64,000 nt of DNA, from contig CBDHHL010000048.1 in assembly GCA_965263355.1 (NCBI GenBank), positions 64,001-128,000 on the forward strand. The letters are read 5' to 3'. Position 1 is the stretch's first letter. Each line of letters starts with the position of its first letter. The stretch is from Leptolyngbyaceae cyanobacterium (GTDB taxonomy: Bacteria > Cyanobacteriota > Cyanobacteriia > Phormidesmidales > Phormidesmidaceae). The notes under the pieces were generated by a model. That model was not told the origin of the DNA, did not search any database, and worked only from the letters and a program-made list of their open reading frames with translations. The translations under genes were made by a program, and so were the position numbers. Below, piece after piece: positions 53,414 to 61,707 of the stretch.

Positions 53414-54034
53414 TCAACTACCTGGATAAGTCTCCATCCCCGTATAAGTCATTTCATAACCGGTATAGGCTATTTCATGGGCCTCCTGCGGATTGTCCAT
53501 ACAATCAAAATTATCCACAAAAAATTCCAAAACTAGGTCCCCTAGCTCAATCATGTCGCCATCTCTAAGTGCTTGTCGCTTTTGAGGTACAAGGCGACGA
53601 CGATTTAAGCGAGTTCCTGATTGACTGCCAACATCGGCAATAAAAAAGCCAGCTTCAGGAGTATGGCGAATTACTGCATGGCAGGGATCAACAGTAGCAT
53701 TACCCATGGGTAGGGCACAGGTAATGGCTTTTCCTAAGAGCCAACATGCACCTGCATGGGTAAGACGTAATGTTTCAGAATGACCTGTATTAGAAACTAA
53801 AAATACAGCAGAATTTGCAATGATAGCTTGAACATAAAAGGGAGTAATTTGACAGCGATCTTTAACTGTCAATATAGAATCGGCAATTACATTAGCCTTA
53901 TCAAAATCGTTTCTAACGTTATTAAACAAAGCCTCCCAAGGAAGTGATAAAACATCATCGCTGATACCATTACCAGTTGAGTTTTTCACTGCTGGGTTGC
54001 TGGGACTAAAAGCTCTAAGCGTGGACATGGACAA
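53414..54034 (-). CDS. FHA domain-containing protein (degenerate phosphopeptide site)
   Basis: WLLG...HAVI...FFIADVGS..GT.LN...LRDGDMIELG FHA pattern. Confidence 0.75.
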   Translation of the reverse strand: MSMSTLRAFSPSNPAVKNSTGNGISDDVLSLPWEALFNNVRNDFDKANVIADSILTVKDRCQITPFYVQAIIANSAVFLVSNTGHSETLRLTHAGACWLLGKAITCALPMGNATVDPCHAVIRHTPEAGFFIADVGSQSGTRLNRRRLVPQKRQALRDGDMIELGDLVLEFFVDNFDCMDNPQEAHEIAYTGYEMTYTGMETYPGS

Positions 54035-54646
54035 TGACTAAACAACTTAACAGCAATAGGCTATAAGGTGTGGTCGATTGTCACCCTAATTCAGTAGATT
54101 CACCTGCAGGCTACTCATCAATTTGAGCATCGCTTGCAGAGGTAGAAAAGTAGAATTAAAATGAACAGCTAGTAAAAAATTGCTGTTCACCCATAGTTCT
54201 AACCCCGTTGTCAAAAACAGAAAAAATCCCTTAAAGATTTAGCTTACAACGGAGAAATACACAAAAAGTCCTTGATAAATTAGGACTTTTCTATAAGCGT
54301 TCAGCAATCTTTTATAGGACGTGAACCTATCAAAAGATAGTGCGTTTATTTATGTCTTTTTCATTAAAGCTTGTCCACTCAAAATCAGTGATTCAGCGGA
54401 TAGGCTTTTATCGAAGCTTTAAAAGGTATGAGCAAATATTAAAATCCCCCAAGATTGGTAGTTGATGTCCTGAATCCGTAATGCAGAATTCATATAGCTT
54501 TCAGGAACTTAGTAGGGAACAATATAAGACTTATTACATCTCATTAGCGCTACTATGACGCAGTCAATCAAGGCTGTATCTATAAAGGAATCGTTAAGTC
54601 TCCACAAATGTCATAATTCACCACTGATTGTTGGAGGACCAAGGCT

Positions 54647-56050
54647 TTGACAAACGCCATTATTCGTGCACAACCCCCTTTAGACTTTATTCCTGAACAA
54701 TTTCATCCCTGGGTGAGACGTCTGGTAAAAGTAGCATTACCTGGCTGGATTCGCTGGCAAACTGATCTAGTGGCTATCAAAGTCAAAAATCCAGACATTT
54801 TGGCTCGACTATATGGAGATTTTCAAACCGGGAAGAACCGGTTTGTCATTGCATTTCGTCATCCGGCTCCCGAAGATGCTTACGGTATAGCCCACTTACT
54901 TTGGCAAGCAGTTCCCCAATCCGCTCAGCAGTTAGGCATAACGCTACAGCCAGTCCATAGTCACTTTATTTATGATCGCGGTATTCCCCTATGGGCAGGT
55001 AGCTGGGTCAGTTGGCTCTGTTCTCGTTTGGGCGGTGTCTCAATTCAACGCGGCAAACTGGATTTAGTTGCTCTAAAAGCAGCAAGACAGCTTCTAAGTA
55101 ATGGTCAGTTTCCTCTAGCAGCTGCTCCAGAAGGTGGCAATAATGGCCATAACGAAATTGTCAGTCCCTTAGAACCCGGTGTGCCCCAACTCGCATTCTG
55201 GTGTGTCGAGGATTTAGCTAAAGCTAATCGGTCTGAACCTGTCTACATTGTGCCGTTAGGAATTCAGTATCGATATATAGACCCACCTTGGGAGGCTATT
55301 GGACAACTACTGAGCAAACTAGAAACTCGCAGTGGGGTCACGACGCACTCTATGGAAACGTTTGTGCCACCTGTGGAGTTACCCACAGCTGAAATTACGA
55401 CGCTTTATGGCCGTCTCTACAGACTAGCTGAACATCTATTGACCCTGATGGAAGGGTACTATCAGCAAATTTATGGTTTGGAGCAACCGGATATCGATAA
55501 CGTTACGGAGGTTAACGGGCAGTTAGCTTTACGCTTACAACATTTACTCAACGGCGCATTAGCCGTAGCCGAAAAGTACTTTAATCTCAATCCCAAGGGC
55601 TCTGTCATTGATCGCTGTCGGCGCTTGGAACAGGCTGGCTGGGAGCGCATCTTTCGAGAGGATTTGCGAGATGAAACCGCTTTATCTACTGTTGAACGGG
55701 GTTTAGCGGATCGCATTGCAGAGGAAGCCGATCTGCGGATGTGGCATATGCGTTTAGTGGAAAGCTTTGTGGCGGTGACTGGTCGCTATGTGTTGGAAAA
55801 GCCTACGGCGGATCGCTTTGCAGAAACTGTTTTATTGCTGGCAGATATGGTGACTCGCATTGAGGGGGAAACGCCGTTTCCAAGACCTTCGTTGGGGAAA
55901 CGGGAGGTGTTACTGACAGTAGGGGAGCCGATTTGTGTTAGCGATCGCAGATCTGACTACAAACAAAGCCGACGAAAGGCAGTCGCCACCCTGACCAAAG
56001 ATTTGCAAAACGCACTAGACGCCTTGATTGTAGACAGTACCGAGTTTTGA
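54647..56050 (+). CDS. Phospholipid/glycerol acyltransferase (PlsC-like) family protein
   Basis: HxxxxD motif (RHPAPED), APEG, PLGIQY; GGAGG upstream of TTG start. Confidence 0.8.
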   Translation: MTNAIIRAQPPLDFIPEQFHPWVRRLVKVALPGWIRWQTDLVAIKVKNPDILARLYGDFQTGKNRFVIAFRHPAPEDAYGIAHLLWQAVPQSAQQLGITLQPVHSHFIYDRGIPLWAGSWVSWLCSRLGGVSIQRGKLDLVALKAARQLLSNGQFPLAAAPEGGNNGHNEIVSPLEPGVPQLAFWCVEDLAKANRSEPVYIVPLGIQYRYIDPPWEAIGQLLSKLETRSGVTTHSMETFVPPVELPTAEITTLYGRLYRLAEHLLTLMEGYYQQIYGLEQPDIDNVTEVNGQLALRLQHLLNGALAVAEKYFNLNPKGSVIDRCRRLEQAGWERIFREDLRDETALSTVERGLADRIAEEADLRMWHMRLVESFVAVTGRYVLEKPTADRFAETVLLLADMVTRIEGETPFPRPSLGKREVLLTVGEPICVSDRRSDYKQSRRKAVATLTKDLQNALDALIVDSTEF

Positions 56051-56056
56051 CATAAG

Positions 56057-56227
56057 CTATCGGTTTGATTTACGAATACTGATGTAATACCAGCAACCGA
56101 TGGCTACTAAACCACCGAGAATAGTACCGGGTAGTCGAGCCATGGCTGTTCCTAATGCCACTCCGCCAGAAATCATCACCATTAGTTGGTCAGCGTTTGC
56201 CCAGAATTTTTGTGATTTTTGGTCCAT
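56057..56227 (-). CDS. Small glycine-rich membrane protein (56 aa), not in ORF track
   Basis: MDQKSQKFWANADQLMVMISGGVALGTAMARLPGTILGGLVAIGCWYYISIRKSNR; hydrophobic hairpin with basic tail; 58 nt downstream of a same-strand gene. Confidence 0.62.
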   Translation of the reverse strand: MDQKSQKFWANADQLMVMISGGVALGTAMARLPGTILGGLVAIGCWYYISIRKSNR

Positions 56228-56285
56228 GGAAACCAGATTTGAATAAAGTTTCGACCACAGCCAAGGGCCAGTAACCGATGATGTC

Positions 56286-57521
56286 CTATTTCTTAGCTGT
56301 TCTATTTTGGAATAATTTGCCAGGGTGAAGGTAAAAATAGCCCTTGGTGGTAAGTGCCAGTTCTTCGGTGGTGCTGGGGGGCTCAGTTAATGGAGGAGCA
56401 CCTTTGAAGCCCTGCCAAAGTTGCACAAAGGGATTATCCGAAATAGGGCGGAGATAACCTTCATTCCATAGGGCTTGGACAAAGTCTTGGGTTCGTTCAA
56501 CGGAAATTTCTAGTAAGTAGGCTAGATCATCGACTGAGAATATCTCTTGGTCTAGCTTGCGTAGAATAGTGACCTTAGCTGGGTCCAGGTTGGTGACCGT
56601 TTTTTCTAAGGCTTTGGCAAAAGTTTGTAAATCACTAGAGGCTTGTTTGACCTTTTGTTGCCATTGGCGATTAGTGACCAGGTTCTGAGCATTACTTCGG
56701 AAGTTTGGTCCCTGCAGAATTGTTAGGGCAATATCCAGCAAATTTATGGGACCACTATTGAGCACCAATGAACTTTTTGCGCGTTCCCGTTCACCGTATT
56801 GGACTTGTAAGCTAGTGCGAAATTGACCGTAGAGATTGGCCAAATCTATATCACTCTGGAGCAGGGAGTAAAGTTCTTCAATCGCTTGGGAATCGCCCTG
56901 TTCTAGCTTGTGGCCAATGCCCTGAATTTGGCCAGCTAGTTCTGTCTCAACGTTGCCATTGGAACGGGCCAATGTAAGCAGGCACGCTTCTAGGGTGATG
57001 GCTTCGGTGGCTTTGAGGTTAGCCAACGATATGCCCTTGTTATTGAGCGCTTCGTGGTTGTCTGGTTTGATCGATAAGGCCGCGTCATAGGATGCGATGG
57101 CCCCTAAAAAATCGCCTTGCCTATAAGCATTATTGCCTTTATTAAAGATTGCCCCTGCCTGTTGTTCTTGTTCAGAAGAAACTGCCTGTTGCGTGGACGT
57201 CTCAGCAACACCAACTGGCCCATTCAACACCTGTTCCCCCATATCCTGGGCCATCTTTCCCACCACCCCACAGTCCATCTCTCCCCACCGCACCAACCGC
57301 TCTGCCACTGACGGTTCTATGGGCTTCCGCTTACCATAGCCATATAGCCATTCAATAAATTGCTGATCATTTTCTCGCCCTGCCAAACAGGCCTTGACTT
57401 GGTCAGGGGACCAACCGGCCGCCAGACCGGTCATCACGTCGTTAAACAATGCGGCGTAATCTACCTTGGGTGTCGGCGGGGCAGGGGCAGGCGGCTTACG
57501 GCCAAAGAGACGATTAAGCAT
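56286..57521 (-). CDS. Hypothetical protein: N-terminal helical domain, about 1.4 TPR units, helical domain, C-terminal winged-helix-like domain (probable deletion fusion)
   Basis: TPR FNKGN...AIASYDAALSIKPDNHEALNNKGISLANL stops mid-repeat; C-terminal SVDDLAYLLEIS...LWNEGYL...LTTKG pattern. Confidence 0.7.
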   Translation of the reverse strand: MLNRLFGRKPPAPAPPTPKVDYAALFNDVMTGLAAGWSPDQVKACLAGRENDQQFIEWLYGYGKRKPIEPSVAERLVRWGEMDCGVVGKMAQDMGEQVLNGPVGVAETSTQQAVSSEQEQQAGAIFNKGNNAYRQGDFLGAIASYDAALSIKPDNHEALNNKGISLANLKATEAITLEACLLTLARSNGNVETELAGQIQGIGHKLEQGDSQAIEELYSLLQSDIDLANLYGQFRTSLQVQYGERERAKSSLVLNSGPINLLDIALTILQGPNFRSNAQNLVTNRQWQQKVKQASSDLQTFAKALEKTVTNLDPAKVTILRKLDQEIFSVDDLAYLLEISVERTQDFVQALWNEGYLRPISDNPFVQLWQGFKGAPPLTEPPSTTEELALTTKGYFYLHPGKLFQNRTAKK

Positions 57522-57706
57522 GGAACTGGGGTAGCTACAGGATCAGTTTAGTCACCACTACAGGTTGATGTTTGGCAGCTCTGGAAAGAATTTTGGATTA
57601 ACCAGCTAGTGCAATATCAATTGCAGAAACCAGTCCAGGATATATATGATTGCCCCCGCCGTACCCCCCAACTTAATGCTATTGAGAAAACCCAGTACGG
57701 TGGGTT

Positions 57707-58088
57707 GTAGGGCGGCGTTCCGGCCCTGCCCAGGGGGTTTGGGGAACACGGAGGGACCCCAAGCAACAGCTTTAAACGTAGGGTGGGCAAACGCCTATGG
57801 AATCTGTTAGCAACCTGATCAATGTCTATGCTTGCCCATCATCAGCTATGCCGCTGCACTTGGAAAATTTTTGAAAAAGGTGGGCAGATACAACACCCGG
57901 CAATGGGCATAGGATATTGAGCCTGCCCACCCTACATGACTTGGGAAATTACCAATGTTCTTGTTTGGGTGCCTATGATATGTCGGAAATGTTGGGTTTC
58001 GCGGGCTCAACGCCAACCTACGTCAACCATGGGATGCGGGAAGGGGGCATAATGGCTGCAATGTTGGGTTTCTGGATTCGACCCAACC
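57707..58088. repeat. Cluster of GTAG-type REP/REPIN-like elements
   Basis: GTAGGGTGGGCA (57778-57789) / TGCCCACCCTAC (57924-57935); minus-strand GTAGGTTGGCGTTGAG..CGAAACCCAACA (57990-58021); degenerate copy 58061-58088; GTAGGGC..GCCCTGC at 57707. Confidence 0.75.
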
Positions 58089-58097
58089 CATCAGGTA

Positions 58098-59885
58098 ATG
58101 ACACTACCAAAACTGACGCTATCGACCATTAAGCGCTATGCCACCGAGCAATCCTTTTCACGAGGCCAAAGCTACTGGCAATCGGGGGCCGTTATCTCGC
58201 TAACCCAGCGTCAAACTGTCTTACAAGCGGAAGTCGAGGGCAATGACCCGGTACCCTATCGCGTCACCATTGACTTTGATGGAGGTGGCATTACCAATGC
58301 CCGATGTAGTTGTCCTTATGCCTTTGAAGGTTGGTGTAAACATATCGTTGCCACACTGCTTGCCTGGATAGAACAACCAGATACTGTTGAACAGCGACCC
58401 AGCTTAGCGCAGCTTTTGGACTCATTAAATCTTCTTCAAACTCATGGCTTGGTGCAAACACTAGTAGAAGAAAATCCAGCCCTGATTGATTCAATTGATT
58501 TCTATGTTAGTCGCTTAGTTCGGCCACCAGAAACCTCTACAAAATCTACCCGACCAAAACGCCAAACTCGCATTGACCAGGCTGTTTATAAGCGCAAGGT
58601 GAGAGAGATTATTCATGAAACGGTGCAGCATTGGGAATATGGTGGTGAGGATGACGATCCTCTCTATGCCATCGGCGAATTGACAGCGGAGGCATTGGCG
58701 TTTGTGGAACAGGACGATGGTCACAATGCCCTGGCAGTAATGGAAGCGATTACGGATGCTTGCATTTCCTACTGGGACGAGATTTATGACTTTATGGGCA
58801 TGGGTCCTGGTGAGTTTGACTTAGACCTAGATGCTGTCTGGACTGAAACGATTTTGAGTACAGACCTGACTGATGATGAGGCGCTGGAGTGGCAGGAAAA
58901 ATTAGAGGTATATCAACAAGAACTGGGTAGTTTTGCTATGGCTTTGGAAGCCTTACGTCAGGGATGGGATTATCCCCCCTTGACCAAGGTCTTACAAGGA
59001 GAAATTTCAAAACAGGGGGCTTGGTTAGAGGATGCACCGAACTGGGCAGATGAATTTAGTTTGATCCGCCTCAAAGTTTTGAAACGGCAAGAACGTTACG
59101 AAGAATACCTTTATCTGGCCCAGGCTGCAGGCCAGATGAAAGAGTATTTAGCCATGTTGGGGCAATTGGGCCGCACAGAGGAGGCAGTGCAGGAGTCAGC
59201 TGAGGTGATGACAACCTGTGCAGAAGCTCAAGCTTTGGCGGAAGTTTTGCGATCGCAAAACAAACTTCCCCAAGCCTTAGACATTGCTATCCAGGGACTA
59301 CGGTTTGAAGCAGATCCAGCCTATAACAAATACGACTTTGCCGTATGGACCAGCGAACTGGCAGAGGGTTTGGAAGAATTTGACTCAGCGTTAGAGGCGA
59401 GAATTATTGCTTTTCAGGCGAAGCCTTCGTTACAGGCATATCAAGCAGTGGAATCCCTGGCAGCAGACTGGGCAGAGATTAAGGATGAGTTATTGGACTA
59501 TTTAAGACATAGTGACTCATGGTTGTCTCGGGAAACAAAGGTGGATGTGTTTTTGAGTGAGGGGTTGGTGGAGGATGCGATCGCAACCATCGATTCTTCA
59601 AACTATGGCTATACTCGACCGAGTCTGGTGCTGCGTGTGATGGATGCAGCCATTGACAGTCATAGCAACTGGGTAATCCAACTAGCCCAACGGGAAGCAG
59701 AGAAAATAATAGATGCAGGTAAAGCCAAAGATTATGATCTAGCTGTTAAATGGCTAAAGCGCACACAACGGGCCTATATCGCCAAAAATGAACAATCCCC
59801 ATGGCAGCGCTACAAACATAAAATAGTTACGGCCCATGGGCGTAAGCGTAAGCTAATAGGTCTGATGGTAGCTGCAGGACTCTAA
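58098..59885 (+). CDS. SWIM zinc finger protein with helical C-terminal region
   Basis: RGQSYW, AEVEG..PYRV, CSCPY-x5-CKH SWIM motif. Confidence 0.88.
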   Translation: MTLPKLTLSTIKRYATEQSFSRGQSYWQSGAVISLTQRQTVLQAEVEGNDPVPYRVTIDFDGGGITNARCSCPYAFEGWCKHIVATLLAWIEQPDTVEQRPSLAQLLDSLNLLQTHGLVQTLVEENPALIDSIDFYVSRLVRPPETSTKSTRPKRQTRIDQAVYKRKVREIIHETVQHWEYGGEDDDPLYAIGELTAEALAFVEQDDGHNALAVMEAITDACISYWDEIYDFMGMGPGEFDLDLDAVWTETILSTDLTDDEALEWQEKLEVYQQELGSFAMALEALRQGWDYPPLTKVLQGEISKQGAWLEDAPNWADEFSLIRLKVLKRQERYEEYLYLAQAAGQMKEYLAMLGQLGRTEEAVQESAEVMTTCAEAQALAEVLRSQNKLPQALDIAIQGLRFEADPAYNKYDFAVWTSELAEGLEEFDSALEARIIAFQAKPSLQAYQAVESLAADWAEIKDELLDYLRHSDSWLSRETKVDVFLSEGLVEDAIATIDSSNYGYTRPSLVLRVMDAAIDSHSNWVIQLAQREAEKIIDAGKAKDYDLAVKWLKRTQRAYIAKNEQSPWQRYKHKIVTAHGRKRKLIGLMVAAGL

Positions 59886-59897
59886 ACAGCCATGGTG

Positions 59898-61406
59898 TTA
59901 CCGATGACGTTTCTGTAGTGCCAATTTAAACAGTGCCGCCTTTCTGCTACGAAGTGCTGCTTGGAAATCTGACTTAATAGCAAGGGCAGCACTATAGGCA
60001 GAGACCGAATCTTCATAGCAGCCTAACTGATGCAGTACCAGGCCCTTTCTATAAAGTGCAGTGTAATCATCCGGCTGACGTTTGATCGTGGCATCATAGG
60101 TCACAATCGCTTCTTCATAACGACCTAAGTTAGAAAGCGCGACACCTTTACGATAGAGTACGTCTGGCAGATCTGGGTTAATGCCAAGGGCGGCGTCATA
60201 GATAGCAATCGCCTGATTAAAACGACCTAACCTAAACAGTGCATGCCCTTGATTACAAAGAGCTTCGGCATCTTTCGGTTGGATAGCGAGGATAGCATCA
60301 AAGGTCGCAACCGCCTCTTTGTAGCGGCCTAACCGATATAATATCCCCCCTTTTCGGTGAAGCACATTGAAATCAGCTGGCCGAATTGCAAGAATGGCAT
60401 CATAAGTTGCCAATGACTCTTCGTAGCGCCCTAATTGATAGAGCGATAGGCCCTTGTGATAAAGCTCATCATACAGACCTGGTTTAATAGCCAGAGAAGC
60501 ATTATAGGCCGTAACCGCTTCCTCGTGACGGTCTAGTTTAGCCAGGGATATCCCTCTCTTATAAAGCGCATCCTGTAGATGCGGTTTGATATCAAGAGCA
60601 GCATCATACAACTGAATCGCGTCTTCGTGGCGGTCTAACTTAGCTAGCGATAGCCCCTTGTTGTAAAGCGTGCTGTACTTGTCAGGTTTTAGCTTTAGGG
60701 CAGCGTCATAGGCCACAATGGCGTCTTCGTAGCGACCCAGCTTAGCCAGGGATAACCCCTTGTTATTCAGGGTTTGATGCAGCCCTGGCTTTAGCGTGAG
60801 AGTCGCATTATAGGCAGCAATCGCGTCTTCATAACGACCCAGCTTAGCCAGGGATAACCCTTTGTTATTGAGTGCTTCATATAGGTCTGGCTTGAGCTTG
60901 AGGGCAGCATCATAGGCTCTAATGGCCTCTTCATACCGACCCAGGTTAAATAACGATACCCCTTTGCTATACAGTGTATTTTCTTGGTCTGGGTTGAATG
61001 TAAGGGCAGTGTCATAGGCAACAACCGCCTCTTCATAGCGGTTGCTAAAAAATAAGGTATCGCCCTCATGCACCCACTCTTCAGTCGACCAAGCTTTTGT
61101 CAGATCAGCTGCTAACGCTTTAGCCCCAGCTTGGTATAGCTCTAGAGCTTTGGCATTAGCTTCTATGGCCTCACCATATTTGCCCAGTTTTTGTAAGACA
61201 AAACTACACTTTTCCCATGCGTTGGGAATATCAGGCTGCACAATTAAAACTTGCTCAAATAGACCCAGGGCAACTGAATATTCTTCAGTCGCCATTTTCT
61301 GTAACCCCTGCTCAAAGAGAGCGATCAAATCTGGTGCAGCGAATGAAGTATGAGGGGAATGGCTCTCTTTTTCTGTGACTATTATGGGAGATTTGCTAGG
61401 TGGCAC
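59898..61406 (-). CDS. Tetratricopeptide repeat protein (about 13 repeats, no catalytic domain)
   Basis: 34-aa repeats KGxSLxxLGRYEEAxxAYDAALxxKPD; GTG start. Confidence 0.9.
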   Translation of the reverse strand: MPPSKSPIIVTEKESHSPHTSFAAPDLIALFEQGLQKMATEEYSVALGLFEQVLIVQPDIPNAWEKCSFVLQKLGKYGEAIEANAKALELYQAGAKALAADLTKAWSTEEWVHEGDTLFFSNRYEEAVVAYDTALTFNPDQENTLYSKGVSLFNLGRYEEAIRAYDAALKLKPDLYEALNNKGLSLAKLGRYEDAIAAYNATLTLKPGLHQTLNNKGLSLAKLGRYEDAIVAYDAALKLKPDKYSTLYNKGLSLAKLDRHEDAIQLYDAALDIKPHLQDALYKRGISLAKLDRHEEAVTAYNASLAIKPGLYDELYHKGLSLYQLGRYEESLATYDAILAIRPADFNVLHRKGGILYRLGRYKEAVATFDAILAIQPKDAEALCNQGHALFRLGRFNQAIAIYDAALGINPDLPDVLYRKGVALSNLGRYEEAIVTYDATIKRQPDDYTALYRKGLVLHQLGCYEDSVSAYSAALAIKSDFQAALRSRKAALFKLALQKRHR

Positions 61407-61707
61407 GAGCTGAGCATAAAAGAGGTGCTTGAAAATTGGGAAGCTATATCAATTGAATCTTATTTCAAGTACCATGGTCGTCCTTATCTTTGAAGATTCG
61501 GTATAAATACGTAGTTGGCTTTACATCTAAACCACGTCCAAGGTGAAACCTACAGTTTCCTCTACGGAAAAACTCCAGTTCTGGACGTGGACAAGATTTA
61601 ATTACCTTTAGGTAAAATGCCATCATCGTCTAATCCCCCTCTGGGTATGCCTTTACGTTGCTGCGGTCATGCTAGGTTCCCTGAGCACCGGAAGGTTGAT
61701 GCTTACA

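Noticed and set aside
57707..58088. CRISPR array
   Set aside because: Repeats are inverted and heterogeneous with no regular repeat-spacer period, and there are no cas genes; better explained as REPs
57917..58132. 71-aa ORF overlapping the SWIM gene start
   Set aside because: Runs through REP palindromes and overlaps the SWIM gene out of frame; likely spurious
59898..61406. DGR target or CRISPR-like array in the TPR gene
   Set aside because: The 102-bp period is explained by TPR coding; no reverse transcriptase nearby and no adenine-specific template/variable pair seen
61532..61590. 9-bp inverted repeat CCACGTCCA/TGGACGTGG upstream of the TPR gene
   Set aside because: Short arms with a loop of about 40 nt and a single occurrence; cannot be distinguished from chance
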